This document shows, in pieces, positions 8,954-17,196 of a DNA stretch of 25,827 nt (position 1 is its first letter; every line of letters begins with the position of its first letter). This stretch comes from an uncultured Spirochaetales bacterium (GTDB taxonomy: Bacteria; Spirochaetota; Spirochaetia; ARS1246). The notes below the pieces were generated by a model, which did no database searches, was not told the origin of the DNA, and saw nothing but the letters and a program-made list of their open reading frames with translations. The stretch is taken from contig CAZHXC010000003.1 in NCBI GenBank assembly GCA_964536145.1, positions 1 to 25,827 on the forward strand, given 5' to 3'. The position numbers and the translations under genes were made by a program.

Positions 8954-10261
8954 ATGCGATCGAGGTCCCTGTTTGGATTTGATGTGCTGTTGCTGGCCTC
9001 TGTGCTGGCCCTCATGACAATTGGCATACTGTTTATTTATTCCAGCGGCGTCTCCTCCACCGGCGAGCAGCTTTCGAGGGAGTATATAAGACAGATCATC
9101 TGGGTAGGTGTCGGTCTGCTCATCATGACCGCGATTATTTTTACCGATTATATGCTCATTGCGGAATACGCGGGGTACATCTACCTGGTATTCATTGTGT
9201 TGTTGGTGATCACGCTCTTTGTAGGGAAAGTGGTGAACGGCGCCAGATCATGGATACCGATCTTCAGCTTTGGTTTTCAGCCGTCGGAGTTTGCGAAAAT
9301 TGCCACCATTCTCTATCTTGCGAAGTTCTTGAGCGCCAAAAAGGAGAGGAGCAACGGGCAACGGTTTTTTCTTGCGGGGTTGATCGTTGCGGTGCCGATG
9401 ATGTTGATCCTGCTTCAGCCGGATATGGGTACCGCTGTGGTCTTTTTGCCAATCCTTCTCGTTATGAGTTATCTCGCGGGAATCGACGCTCGATACATCA
9501 TCTATGTGACAATTACCGGATTGCTCCTTATCGTGTTGGGTGTGATCCCTGCGTGGAACCTCTACCTGGCCGAGCGGGATATCGGGTTTCTGAGGGTGCT
9601 CACTGCCGGTAATTATGCGGTTTATACGCTGCTTGTTCTTGGATCGATTATCGCGCTCTCTGCTATCGGTTATTTTCTGCTCAAGCGTAGATACTTTTAC
9701 TGGCTGCTCTACGGTTTCTCGAGTTTGTTTGTTGCTTATGGCGGCTCGTTTCTTTTGAGATCCATACTAAAAGATTTCCAAATAAAGAGATTGATCGTTT
9801 TTCTTGATCCGACAATTGAGCCTCAGGGAGCCGGCTGGCATGTGATTCAGTCGGTTACGGCGGTCGGATCGGGCGGTTTTTGGGGCAAAGGTTGGCTCAA
9901 GGGAACGCAGAGCCACTACCGCTACCTGCCGCAGCAAAGCACAGACTTCATTTTTTCAATTATTGCGGAAGAGTGGGGGTTCATTGGGAGCTTTTTTATT
10001 ATCGTGCTGTTGATGATTATACTCGGAAGAAGCCTCTATATGACAATCAGCGCAAAAGATTCGTATGCTGCAAATGTGGCCGGAGGAGTGTTTGCCATGA
10101 TAGCGTTTCACGTGTTCATAAATATCGGAATGGCCATGGGAATCATGCCGATCACCGGAATCCCGCTGTTTTTTCTCTCATACGGAGGATCCTCGCTCTG
10201 GACAGCGCTGATTGGCGTCGGCCTTCTGTTGAGCATACACATGCGCAGGTATCACTACTGA
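8954..10261 (+). CDS. rodA: SEDS peptidoglycan glycosyltransferase RodA
   Basis: GARSWI, FQPSEFAK, QPDMGTA, QSVTAVGSGGFWGKG, STDFIFS (catalytic Asp), PITGIPL..LSYGGSS. ATG at 8954 follows SD GAGGTG; the track start at 8885 lies inside mrdA. Confidence 0.96.
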   Translation: MRSRSLFGFDVLLLASVLALMTIGILFIYSSGVSSTGEQLSREYIRQIIWVGVGLLIMTAIIFTDYMLIAEYAGYIYLVFIVLLVITLFVGKVVNGARSWIPIFSFGFQPSEFAKIATILYLAKFLSAKKERSNGQRFFLAGLIVAVPMMLILLQPDMGTAVVFLPILLVMSYLAGIDARYIIYVTITGLLLIVLGVIPAWNLYLAERDIGFLRVLTAGNYAVYTLLVLGSIIALSAIGYFLLKRRYFYWLLYGFSSLFVAYGGSFLLRSILKDFQIKRLIVFLDPTIEPQGAGWHVIQSVTAVGSGGFWGKGWLKGTQSHYRYLPQQSTDFIFSIIAEEWGFIGSFFIIVLLMIILGRSLYMTISAKDSYAANVAGGVFAMIAFHVFINIGMAMGIMPITGIPLFFLSYGGSSLWTALIGVGLLLSIHMRRYHY

Positions 10262-10262
10262 G

Positions 10263-12737
10263 ATGAAAATACGTCCGGCCAAAGATTTATTTCGATTACT
10301 CATGCAGGTGGAGAAGCCGGGAAGGTATGTCGGCGGCGAATACGGGGTGATAGAGCCGGAGGAAAGCGCTCCCTTGAGAATTGTGCTCTGTTTTCCGGAT
10401 ATCTATGAAATCGGGATGTCCAATCTCGCCATCCGCATCATGTATCAGCTGTTCAACGCTATGGATGGCGTTTCTTGTGAGAGGGTGTTTGCTCCCGACC
10501 GTGATTTTGAAACACTCCTACGTGGCAATTCGCTGCCACTCTATTCATTGGAATCCGGCACGCCGCTTCACGACTTCGATATAGTGGCCTTTTCGATCGG
10601 CTATGAGCTTGCTGCAACCAATGTTCTCGCAATTCTCGAATCAGGCGGTATCCCGTTGCGGAGAAAAGACCGCAGCGGGTCAGACCCGATCATTATTGCC
10701 GGGGGGCCCGCGATAACAAACCCAATACCGTTCTCCTCCTTCTTTGATGCGGTCTTCATTGGGGAAGCTGAGTCAACGATGAGTCAGACCCTCTCGGAGC
10801 TGGTTTCTCTCAAACGACGCGGAGCCAAAAGGGAGTCACTCATTGAGAAAATGGTCGAGAACAAGAGCGTGTATGCGGAGGACAAAACCGCCACAGTCAA
10901 GCGTGGAGTGTGGAGTGAATTTGGTACGGAACCGGGACCGCTACTTCTTCCGGTTCCCGGGATAAAGACGGTCCATGACCACGGTGTTGTGGAAATCATG
11001 CGCGGCTGTCCAAATGGTTGCCGTTTCTGTCATGCGGGTATCTATTACAGGCCTTACCGCGAAAAACAGTACGGGGTGATAGCTCGGGAGGTGGAAGACC
11101 TTGTTTCCGTATGCGGCTATCGCGAGATCACCATTACCTCACTCTCTTCGGGTGACTTTACCAATGTCGTACCGCTGGTAAAAGCACTGAACCGGGTGTG
11201 GAGCAGGCGGGGTGTTTCGTTTTCCCTCCCGTCTCTACGGGTGGATTCCTTCACCCTTCCGCTTTTGGCCGAGATTTCTGCTCTCAGAAAGAGCGGGCTC
11301 ACCTTTGCCGTGGAAACACCAGATGAAGCGTGGCAGCGGGGTGTGAACAAGATTGTCGGTTACGAGAAGACAGTCGAGATACTCAAGCAAGCAAAATCAC
11401 TCGGCTGGCGAATGGCCAAGTTCTACTTCATGATCGGTCTTCCGGTTTCTCGAGGTGCGGATGAGGTGGCGTCCATCGCTGAGTTTCTTGACAGCATACG
11501 CACTGCGAGCGGGATGAACATCAATGTGAACATCGGGACCTTTATTCCAAAGCCGCATACGCCGTTTCAGTGGAGCCCTCAGCTGCGGGAACACGACGCC
11601 CTCGATCGGATACATCGGCTCAAGCAGGAGCTGCGTACAAAAAAAGTGGCTCTGAGGTATCACTCGCCCTTTGCTTCGGAGCTGGAGGGTATCATAACAC
11701 GCGGTGATAAACGGGTAGGGGATCTTGTTGAAGCGGCTTACCACCGTGGCGCAAGGTTTGATGCATGGGATGAGCGGCTGGACCGGGAGTTGTGGAAAAG
11801 CGTTTTCAAAGAAAGCGGATGGGATCCGGGAGCGGAGTTTTGTAAGGCGATCGAGCCGGACGAACCCCTTGTCTGGGATTCCATACAGTTGGGTGTTACC
11901 AAGGAAGCATTGAAAAAAGAGCTAAGACGTTCTGAGAACGGAGAAACCTCCCCGTCATGCGGTGTAGATTGCTATCGTTGCGGGGTGTGTGGGAAGGACC
12001 ATAACGTTCGCGTGAATGATCCTGACGGACCCGATATTGAGGTTTCAGCTGCAACGGGTGCGAAGCCGGAACCGGGGGAGAGTGGATACGAAGGGTTCCT
12101 CACCTTTTCATTTGAAAAGAAGGGTGAAGCCGTCTTTCTGTCGCACTTGAATGTAATGACAATATTCGAACGGGCTTTTCAACGTGCCGGTATCAAGGTT
12201 GCTTATACAAAAGGATACAATCCAAAGCCCAAGCTGGAGTTTGCTAATCCCTTACCTCTCGGTTTTTCCTCTTCAGAAGAAATCGGACGGGTCGGAATTG
12301 TAGAACAAGTATCTCCAGAGGTCTTTTCAGAGAAGGCCAACCGTGTACTACATACTGGAATTAAGGTTAATAGTTGCACTATTTTAGACAAAACGAGTGA
12401 AAGAAAAATGACGTCACTTATGAGCAGGTTCTGGGGAAGCGAATACCTGCTCGAATGGGTCGGCCCTGAGAACGGCGCGCTGTGTGCTCGTGTTGATGCA
12501 ATTAACGCGTATCTACGCGAAAACTCGCTTGACGAAGTGGAAATTTCCCGGCCTGAGGGGCGTGACGAGGCGATCAGGCTGACGATCAGGCAGACCGGAA
12601 AGAAGAGCTCACTACGCACCATTCTCCACGAAATTTCTCAGGAGAGCGAGTGGTGGGAAGAGTGGCGCGTTACGCGTGCGCGCAGTTTTGCCGCAAATGC
12701 TGCAGCCGGCGTTACTCCTTCATCCTTCCTCGAATGA
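10263..12737 (+). CDS. Radical SAM protein, TIGR03960-like, fused to a C-terminal TIGR03936/DUF2344-like domain
   Basis: VEKPGRYVGGE, FPDIYEIGMSN, CERVFAP, AGGP, EIMRGCPNGCRFCHAG (CxxxCxxC at 11007-11030), SLPSLR, SGLTFAVE, FIPKPHTPFQW. A second Cys cluster CGVDCYRCGVC lies at 11958-11990. The C-terminal domain has FLSHLNVM..FERAFQRAGI..AYTKGYNPKPKLEFANPLPLG. The family assignment is from motif recall, not an HMM run. Confidence 0.85.
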   Translation: MKIRPAKDLFRLLMQVEKPGRYVGGEYGVIEPEESAPLRIVLCFPDIYEIGMSNLAIRIMYQLFNAMDGVSCERVFAPDRDFETLLRGNSLPLYSLESGTPLHDFDIVAFSIGYELAATNVLAILESGGIPLRRKDRSGSDPIIIAGGPAITNPIPFSSFFDAVFIGEAESTMSQTLSELVSLKRRGAKRESLIEKMVENKSVYAEDKTATVKRGVWSEFGTEPGPLLLPVPGIKTVHDHGVVEIMRGCPNGCRFCHAGIYYRPYREKQYGVIAREVEDLVSVCGYREITITSLSSGDFTNVVPLVKALNRVWSRRGVSFSLPSLRVDSFTLPLLAEISALRKSGLTFAVETPDEAWQRGVNKIVGYEKTVEILKQAKSLGWRMAKFYFMIGLPVSRGADEVASIAEFLDSIRTASGMNINVNIGTFIPKPHTPFQWSPQLREHDALDRIHRLKQELRTKKVALRYHSPFASELEGIITRGDKRVGDLVEAAYHRGARFDAWDERLDRELWKSVFKESGWDPGAEFCKAIEPDEPLVWDSIQLGVTKEALKKELRRSENGETSPSCGVDCYRCGVCGKDHNVRVNDPDGPDIEVSAATGAKPEPGESGYEGFLTFSFEKKGEAVFLSHLNVMTIFERAFQRAGIKVAYTKGYNPKPKLEFANPLPLGFSSSEEIGRVGIVEQVSPEVFSEKANRVLHTGIKVNSCTILDKTSERKMTSLMSRFWGSEYLLEWVGPENGALCARVDAINAYLRENSLDEVEISRPEGRDEAIRLTIRQTGKKSSLRTILHEISQESEWWEEWRVTRARSFAANAAAGVTPSSFLE

Positions 12738-13547
12738 TTTCGCTTCGTTCCAGAGGGTGTCCATCAGGCTGAACTCTTTGGTGGAGAGAGCTTTCCCTCT
12801 GCTTTTCATTTCCTCCTCAATATAACGAAATCTTCTTGCGAATTTGCGGTTGGTTCCATGAAGGGCAATTGCGGGATCAACTTTGTAATGTCTGCAGAGA
12901 TTGACGACGGCGAAGAGCAGGTCGCCAAGCTCGTTCTCGACCTCTGTGTGACTGCCGTTCTGTGGATCGATCTCCTCGAGCTCCTGCAGCTCTTCGTGCA
13001 CCTTGTCCGAAACCTGAGAGAGTTCTTCCCAGTCAAAACCAACCTTGGCCGCTTTCTTCTGGTATCTATACGCTTTTTCCAGAGGGGGTAGTGACCCGGG
13101 GACTGAATCGAGGAGCGAGCTGCCGCTATCCTTTCCTTCAACATCACGTTTTATGCGGTCCCACTGTTGTATTACCTCCTCGGAACCGGAAATCGTCGAG
13201 TCTGAAAACACGTGAGGATGCCGCCGGATCAATTTCTCGCTAATCTCGTCTAGAACATCCGTAACGGTGAACCGTCCGGCCTGTTGCTCTATATATGAAA
13301 TCATCGTGGCAAGAAGGAAAAGGTCTCCAAGTTCTTCTCTCAGATTGCCGGAATCATGGGAGTTGATGGCATCGATGCATTCATAGGTTTCCTCCAGCAA
13401 ATCGCCTCGAAGAGTTCTTGCGGATTGCTCCTTGTCCCAGGGGCAGCCGTTTGGCCCACGCAGCGTTTTTACGATGTCGAGAAGCCTTTTGAACTCCGCG
13501 CCGGGGGAGGAGTAGTGAGTGGACTTGTCGTGGTTAGCGTCTTTCAT
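12720..13547 (-). CDS. mazG: Nucleoside triphosphate pyrophosphohydrolase MazG (tandem two-domain)
   Basis: LRGPNGCPWDKEQ, EETYE, EELGDL, KLIRRHPHVF, QKKAAKVGFDW, ELGDLLFAVVNL, NRKFARRF, LWNEAK. Confidence 0.96.
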   Translation of the reverse strand: MKDANHDKSTHYSSPGAEFKRLLDIVKTLRGPNGCPWDKEQSARTLRGDLLEETYECIDAINSHDSGNLREELGDLFLLATMISYIEQQAGRFTVTDVLDEISEKLIRRHPHVFSDSTISGSEEVIQQWDRIKRDVEGKDSGSSLLDSVPGSLPPLEKAYRYQKKAAKVGFDWEELSQVSDKVHEELQELEEIDPQNGSHTEVENELGDLLFAVVNLCRHYKVDPAIALHGTNRKFARRFRYIEEEMKSRGKALSTKEFSLMDTLWNEAKSFEEG

Positions 13548-13553
13548 GGGTGG

Positions 13554-13590
13554 ATACTACCGCGAAATGTGAGGGAAAAACAACTCACAT
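13554..13590 (-). promoter_or_regulatory. Putative leaderless mazG promoter with overlapping inverted repeat
   Basis: On the minus strand: TTGTTT (13583-13578), 18 nt, TAGTAT (13559-13554), 6 nt, then ATG with no SD. ATGTGAG-N10-CTCACAT (13567-13590) brackets the -35. Confidence 0.55.
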
Positions 13591-13695
13591 CAAGAAGTAG
13601 ACAGAATATATATTATGGGAAGTTAAGCGTGGGTAGCGTTTCCTTTGCGGCATGCGGCGGTCGGCTCAAGAGCTCATGCGGAGCCCGGCCGCGCG

Positions 13696-13977
13696 TCAAT
13701 CGTTAGCGCTTACCTTGGAAAAGATCCAGAGAAGCAGAAGTCCCGCGATTATCGGCGGAAAGATATTTACCGCATTCAAGACGTTCGAGAGCTTTTCTAT
13801 TATGTCCGAGAAGAAATACTCGATAACGCCCCCAAGAAATGAACCGACCACGCCAACGAGCAACGCTCCCCAGAAATAGCCGAGCATCTTCTTTTTGAGT
13901 ATGAAGACGAAGTACAGCGCCAGGGCGAAACCGATGAGAAAGTAGATCATTCCAATGTTGAAATAGTAGTTAAACAC
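13696..13977 (-). CDS. Small integral membrane protein (93 aa), resembling the GlsB/YeaQ/YmgE transglycosylase-associated family
   Basis: GTG start with strong SD GGAGAGG. Three hydrophobic segments and a GALLVGVVGSFLGG motif. The family call is tentative. Confidence 0.7.
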   Translation of the reverse strand: MFNYYFNIGMIYFLIGFALALYFVFILKKKMLGYFWGALLVGVVGSFLGGVIEYFFSDIIEKLSNVLNAVNIFPPIIAGLLLLWIFSKVSAND

Positions 13978-13994
13978 GTTAGCCTCTCCGTACG

Positions 13995-14687
13995 CTATTG
14001 AGAAAGATCGAGAAATGAGTTTCCGAGAAATACCGCGGTGCTATAGATGTTGAACGAGAGATTCTCGTAGTCGTTGCCATAGCTCATTACGTAGAGCGCG
14101 ATGACGATGTCAAAGCTCTGTCCGGGATCAAACCCTTGAGGAAGGTCGCTGTCCCCGCTATCAAAATCCGAAAAGTTCTCCAGCTCCCTCGTCCCGGCAT
14201 CGTTTCTCAGGGTACGCATGAAGATAATATTGCCGTATACAGAACGGGGCCTGTTATCACCGAGGTTGCTGAACTCAAGTTCTATCAGGGTGTTTTCGTT
14301 TTCCATATCGGCGTCTGAAAGCGGTATAAGCGGGTATCTTGGAAGCGGAGAGCCGGTTTCCGTTGTGGAAGCGAGCCGGACATACCCTTCCCTCGTCAGT
14401 GATTGCTGTGAAACGGGAGATGAGAGTGAGGCGTCTCCGTTGATGTCAAGGTCTTCATCCGCGGTTTGCGGGTCGAAAAGCTTATAGTATATCTCAAAGC
14501 CTTCAAAAACCTCCGGGTTGATCGTTTCGGGATCTGGGATCGAAAAAAAGTAATCTGTTTCGGAGGTAAGCGGAGATTGCACCGATGTGGCCGGTACAGG
14601 CGGTAAGTATGGGGCCGATGGAATGCCACAGGCGGCCGGCGCAAGAAGCGCAAGAAAGAGGCAAAGTATCTGAGAAAAATTACGCAT
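13995..14687 (-). CDS. Putative lipoprotein of unknown function (230 aa)
   Basis: Starting at ATG 14687 (the track start at 14789 lies inside the cyclase gene): MRNFSQILCLFLALLAPAA-C20-GIPSAPYLPP, which is a basic N-terminus, hydrophobic core and lipobox-like Cys, followed by an acidic soluble domain. Confidence 0.75.
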   Translation of the reverse strand: MRNFSQILCLFLALLAPAACGIPSAPYLPPVPATSVQSPLTSETDYFFSIPDPETINPEVFEGFEIYYKLFDPQTADEDLDINGDASLSSPVSQQSLTREGYVRLASTTETGSPLPRYPLIPLSDADMENENTLIELEFSNLGDNRPRSVYGNIIFMRTLRNDAGTRELENFSDFDSGDSDLPQGFDPGQSFDIVIALYVMSYGNDYENLSFNIYSTAVFLGNSFLDLSQ

Positions 14688-14706
14688 GAAAACGAATCGA
14701 CCGGCT

Positions 14707-17163
14707 TCAAGAAACAGGCGCTGTGGCTTTTGCCTTCGCCCTTTTCTTGCCGTTTGTGTGAAAATTCGACGGTAGATCATATCCGTCAACCATATCTATC
14801 AGCTCGTAAATGAGTACTGGTTTGTTCTTTCCTTTCACTCTGATATTATCGAGCTCTCTCACAATCACGTGATCCCGGACAAGACCATAGGTGAACTCAC
14901 TGATAATTATCTCGGTAAAATAAGCCTTGTTCGTACCCTCTAATCGCGCTCCGAGATTGACATTATCGCCCATCAATGTGTAGTTCATCCTACCCATGGA
15001 CCCCATGTTCCCGACGGTCATGATGCCTGAGTTTATTCCCATACCGATGCGAATCTGAAGTGCCTCAGGCCAGCCGGCATTGAGCTCTTTGAGCTTTTCA
15101 GATTGTTTCAACGCGCATTTACACGCCAGAAGCGCATGATCCGGCTGTGGCAGCGGGGCTCCCCAGAAGCTCATTATTTCATCACCTACATACTTATCCA
15201 GGGTTCCCTGATATTCCATGATAATATCAGTCATCGCCGTCAGATAGAGATTGAGATGATTTACGAGTTCCTGCGGCGGTACGGCTTCCGAGAGTGAGGT
15301 GAAGCCCCTAATGTCTGAGAAGAATACGGTGAGCTCTTTGTCTACACCTCCCAATTCCGGCGGATCATCCAGGATCTGATCTACCACCGTAGGGTTCACG
15401 TACTTGCCAAACATGTCCTTGATCCTGCGTTTGTCCTTCTCTTCGGTCATGATCCGGTAGACAACAACAGTGAGAAAGGTGAACATGACGCCTATTGCCG
15501 GAGCCGCAAAGTCCACCAGATAAGAAGTTTGATCGAAGACGATGGAGACCGTGATAAAAAGTGCAAGCACCAAGAAAATGGAGGTGACAAGCGACCAGAT
15601 CGTGGCCAGGCGGGATGCCATAAACGCTATCAGCATGACAAGACCCACCAGGATAGCCAGGTTTACCCAGAAGGGAACCTCGTGGATAAAATTATCCATG
15701 ATGATGGTATTCAACGCGTTGGCGTGTATTTCAACCCCGTACATCAAACCATACGGTGTCGGCTTCTCATCGTCGGCAATACCGCGTTCGAACGCACCCA
15801 CCATCAGTATCTTGTTTTCTACGGCCCGTGTACGCGGCCAGGAACGAGGGTCCGCACCGGTCACGTTTGCGGCGTACCCCGAAAAGGATCGGACCGGAAA
15901 CGTCTGTCTTCCTCCTGCGGCGGCAAATGACCTTCCGCCCATGAAGTTGACGATCATCTGACCGTTTTCATCTATTGGAATGCGTATCTCTTCTACAGAA
16001 CGGGTCTCGCCCTCCTCTATTATCTCCCCTTCCTCATTGTAGACCGGCAGTTTTTCGGTGACCGCATAGGGGACCCATTGACCGGATTCCGTGTCAAAAA
16101 ACTCCGGGTCATTGATGAGAATGTGGCTTCCGAGCTCGATTTCAATATCTTCAACGCCCTTGTTGAAATACTGGAGTGCGAGCGCCAGGGTTATTGCCGG
16201 GATAAAATGGTCCTGGTACTTCTTGACTACAAAAAACGCTTCATCCGACTCACCATTGCCGTCATTGTCCACCAGTTTTTGAGGCGCCCATCTTTCCATC
16301 TCTTCAGTCAGGTCTTGAATTACACCCGCGGTTAGCGGGTAGTCGATATGGTGGTGTGTGTCCTCTTTGTCCACCCATTCCAACCGTTCAAAATTGGCCC
16401 TGTCGATTGGATAATCGACGGTCAGGTCGTCAAGTTTGATCTCCTCAATCAAAACTGAGGATTTTGCGATAAGCGGCTGCCGGCGGTAAATGCCGTCACG
16501 GTCCGAGGCAAAGTTGGCATGCCCATAGCCGTTCAAGGCCTCAGCGTACGGCTGGAGCGGGGGCTGTAGACCGTAGTACGGGACCATATGCTCCCAGTTT
16601 CCGGAGATGTCTCTGATTTCTCCCCAGTTGTCGTAGAGAATCTCATGGCGTTCGAAATATTCGTATGCGTTCGCAGACGACGGCGGGACCTCATCAAGCA
16701 TCGTTTCGAGAAACACCCTCCCGTTGTTCCTGATGGCATCAATGAGAAGGACATCGTTATACGCCTTCTCATCGGGTTCCACAAAGAAAATGTCGAGGAA
16801 GACGGCACGCTCGCGAAGTGTCTGGTCTTGGATACGTGCAAAATTGTCGATCAGATTTGCATGTCTGTACCGTGGAAACGGCCATTTTCCAAATGCATCG
16901 AGAGATCGAAGATCCACACCTATCAGGAGAATATCAGAAGAGATTTTGGGGTTCCGCTGCTCGAAACTCACCCCTTCCTGGATATTTTCCCGCCGGACGA
17001 CGTTTTTGTATTTGAAATATACGTCAAGCATTTTCATTTCAAGGGTGTTGAAAATGCCGGTGAATTCGCTGAGTAGAAGTATGACGGCAATTATGAAAAT
17101 GCCGATAACCAGCCCGAAATATCTTGTTTCAAAAAAGTTAATTTTCTTGCCGGATCTGGCCAT
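14707..17163 (-). CDS. CHASE2-domain membrane adenylate cyclase (class III)
   Basis: N-terminal TM; CHASE2 motifs (ILLIGVD..SL..FGKWPFPRYRHA.LID, VFLDIFFVEP, DGIYRR, MIVNF, NKILMVG, D.KPTP...MYGVEIHANALNTI); three TM helices; cyclase core FSDIRGFTSLSE, DKYVGD, YTLMGDNVNLGARLE. Substrate-specifying Lys plus Thr indicate ATP specificity. SD GGAGAGG. Confidence 0.93.
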   Translation of the reverse strand: MARSGKKINFFETRYFGLVIGIFIIAVILLLSEFTGIFNTLEMKMLDVYFKYKNVVRRENIQEGVSFEQRNPKISSDILLIGVDLRSLDAFGKWPFPRYRHANLIDNFARIQDQTLRERAVFLDIFFVEPDEKAYNDVLLIDAIRNNGRVFLETMLDEVPPSSANAYEYFERHEILYDNWGEIRDISGNWEHMVPYYGLQPPLQPYAEALNGYGHANFASDRDGIYRRQPLIAKSSVLIEEIKLDDLTVDYPIDRANFERLEWVDKEDTHHHIDYPLTAGVIQDLTEEMERWAPQKLVDNDGNGESDEAFFVVKKYQDHFIPAITLALALQYFNKGVEDIEIELGSHILINDPEFFDTESGQWVPYAVTEKLPVYNEEGEIIEEGETRSVEEIRIPIDENGQMIVNFMGGRSFAAAGGRQTFPVRSFSGYAANVTGADPRSWPRTRAVENKILMVGAFERGIADDEKPTPYGLMYGVEIHANALNTIIMDNFIHEVPFWVNLAILVGLVMLIAFMASRLATIWSLVTSIFLVLALFITVSIVFDQTSYLVDFAAPAIGVMFTFLTVVVYRIMTEEKDKRRIKDMFGKYVNPTVVDQILDDPPELGGVDKELTVFFSDIRGFTSLSEAVPPQELVNHLNLYLTAMTDIIMEYQGTLDKYVGDEIMSFWGAPLPQPDHALLACKCALKQSEKLKELNAGWPEALQIRIGMGINSGIMTVGNMGSMGRMNYTLMGDNVNLGARLEGTNKAYFTEIIISEFTYGLVRDHVIVRELDNIRVKGKNKPVLIYELIDMVDGYDLPSNFHTNGKKRAKAKATAPVS

Positions 17164-17196
17164 GTAGTACCTCTCCGTAACAACCAGCCGGAAAGG

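Noticed and set aside
13567-13590. Canonical CRP site near the adenylate cyclase
   Set aside because: TGTGA and TCACA are 12 nt apart rather than 6. It is kept only as an unknown operator candidate.
13605-13614. AATATATATT palindrome
   Set aside because: It is a low-complexity AT alternation, and I found no correctly spaced -35 on either strand.
13656-13692. GC hairpin as an intrinsic terminator for the minus-strand run
   Set aside because: There is no U tract on either side, and the stem has a mismatch and a bulge on the minus strand.
13356-13879. Plus-strand ORFs of 65-116 aa across the mazG intergenic region
   Set aside because: They overlap mazG or the membrane-protein gene in antisense, and have no convincing composition or SD.
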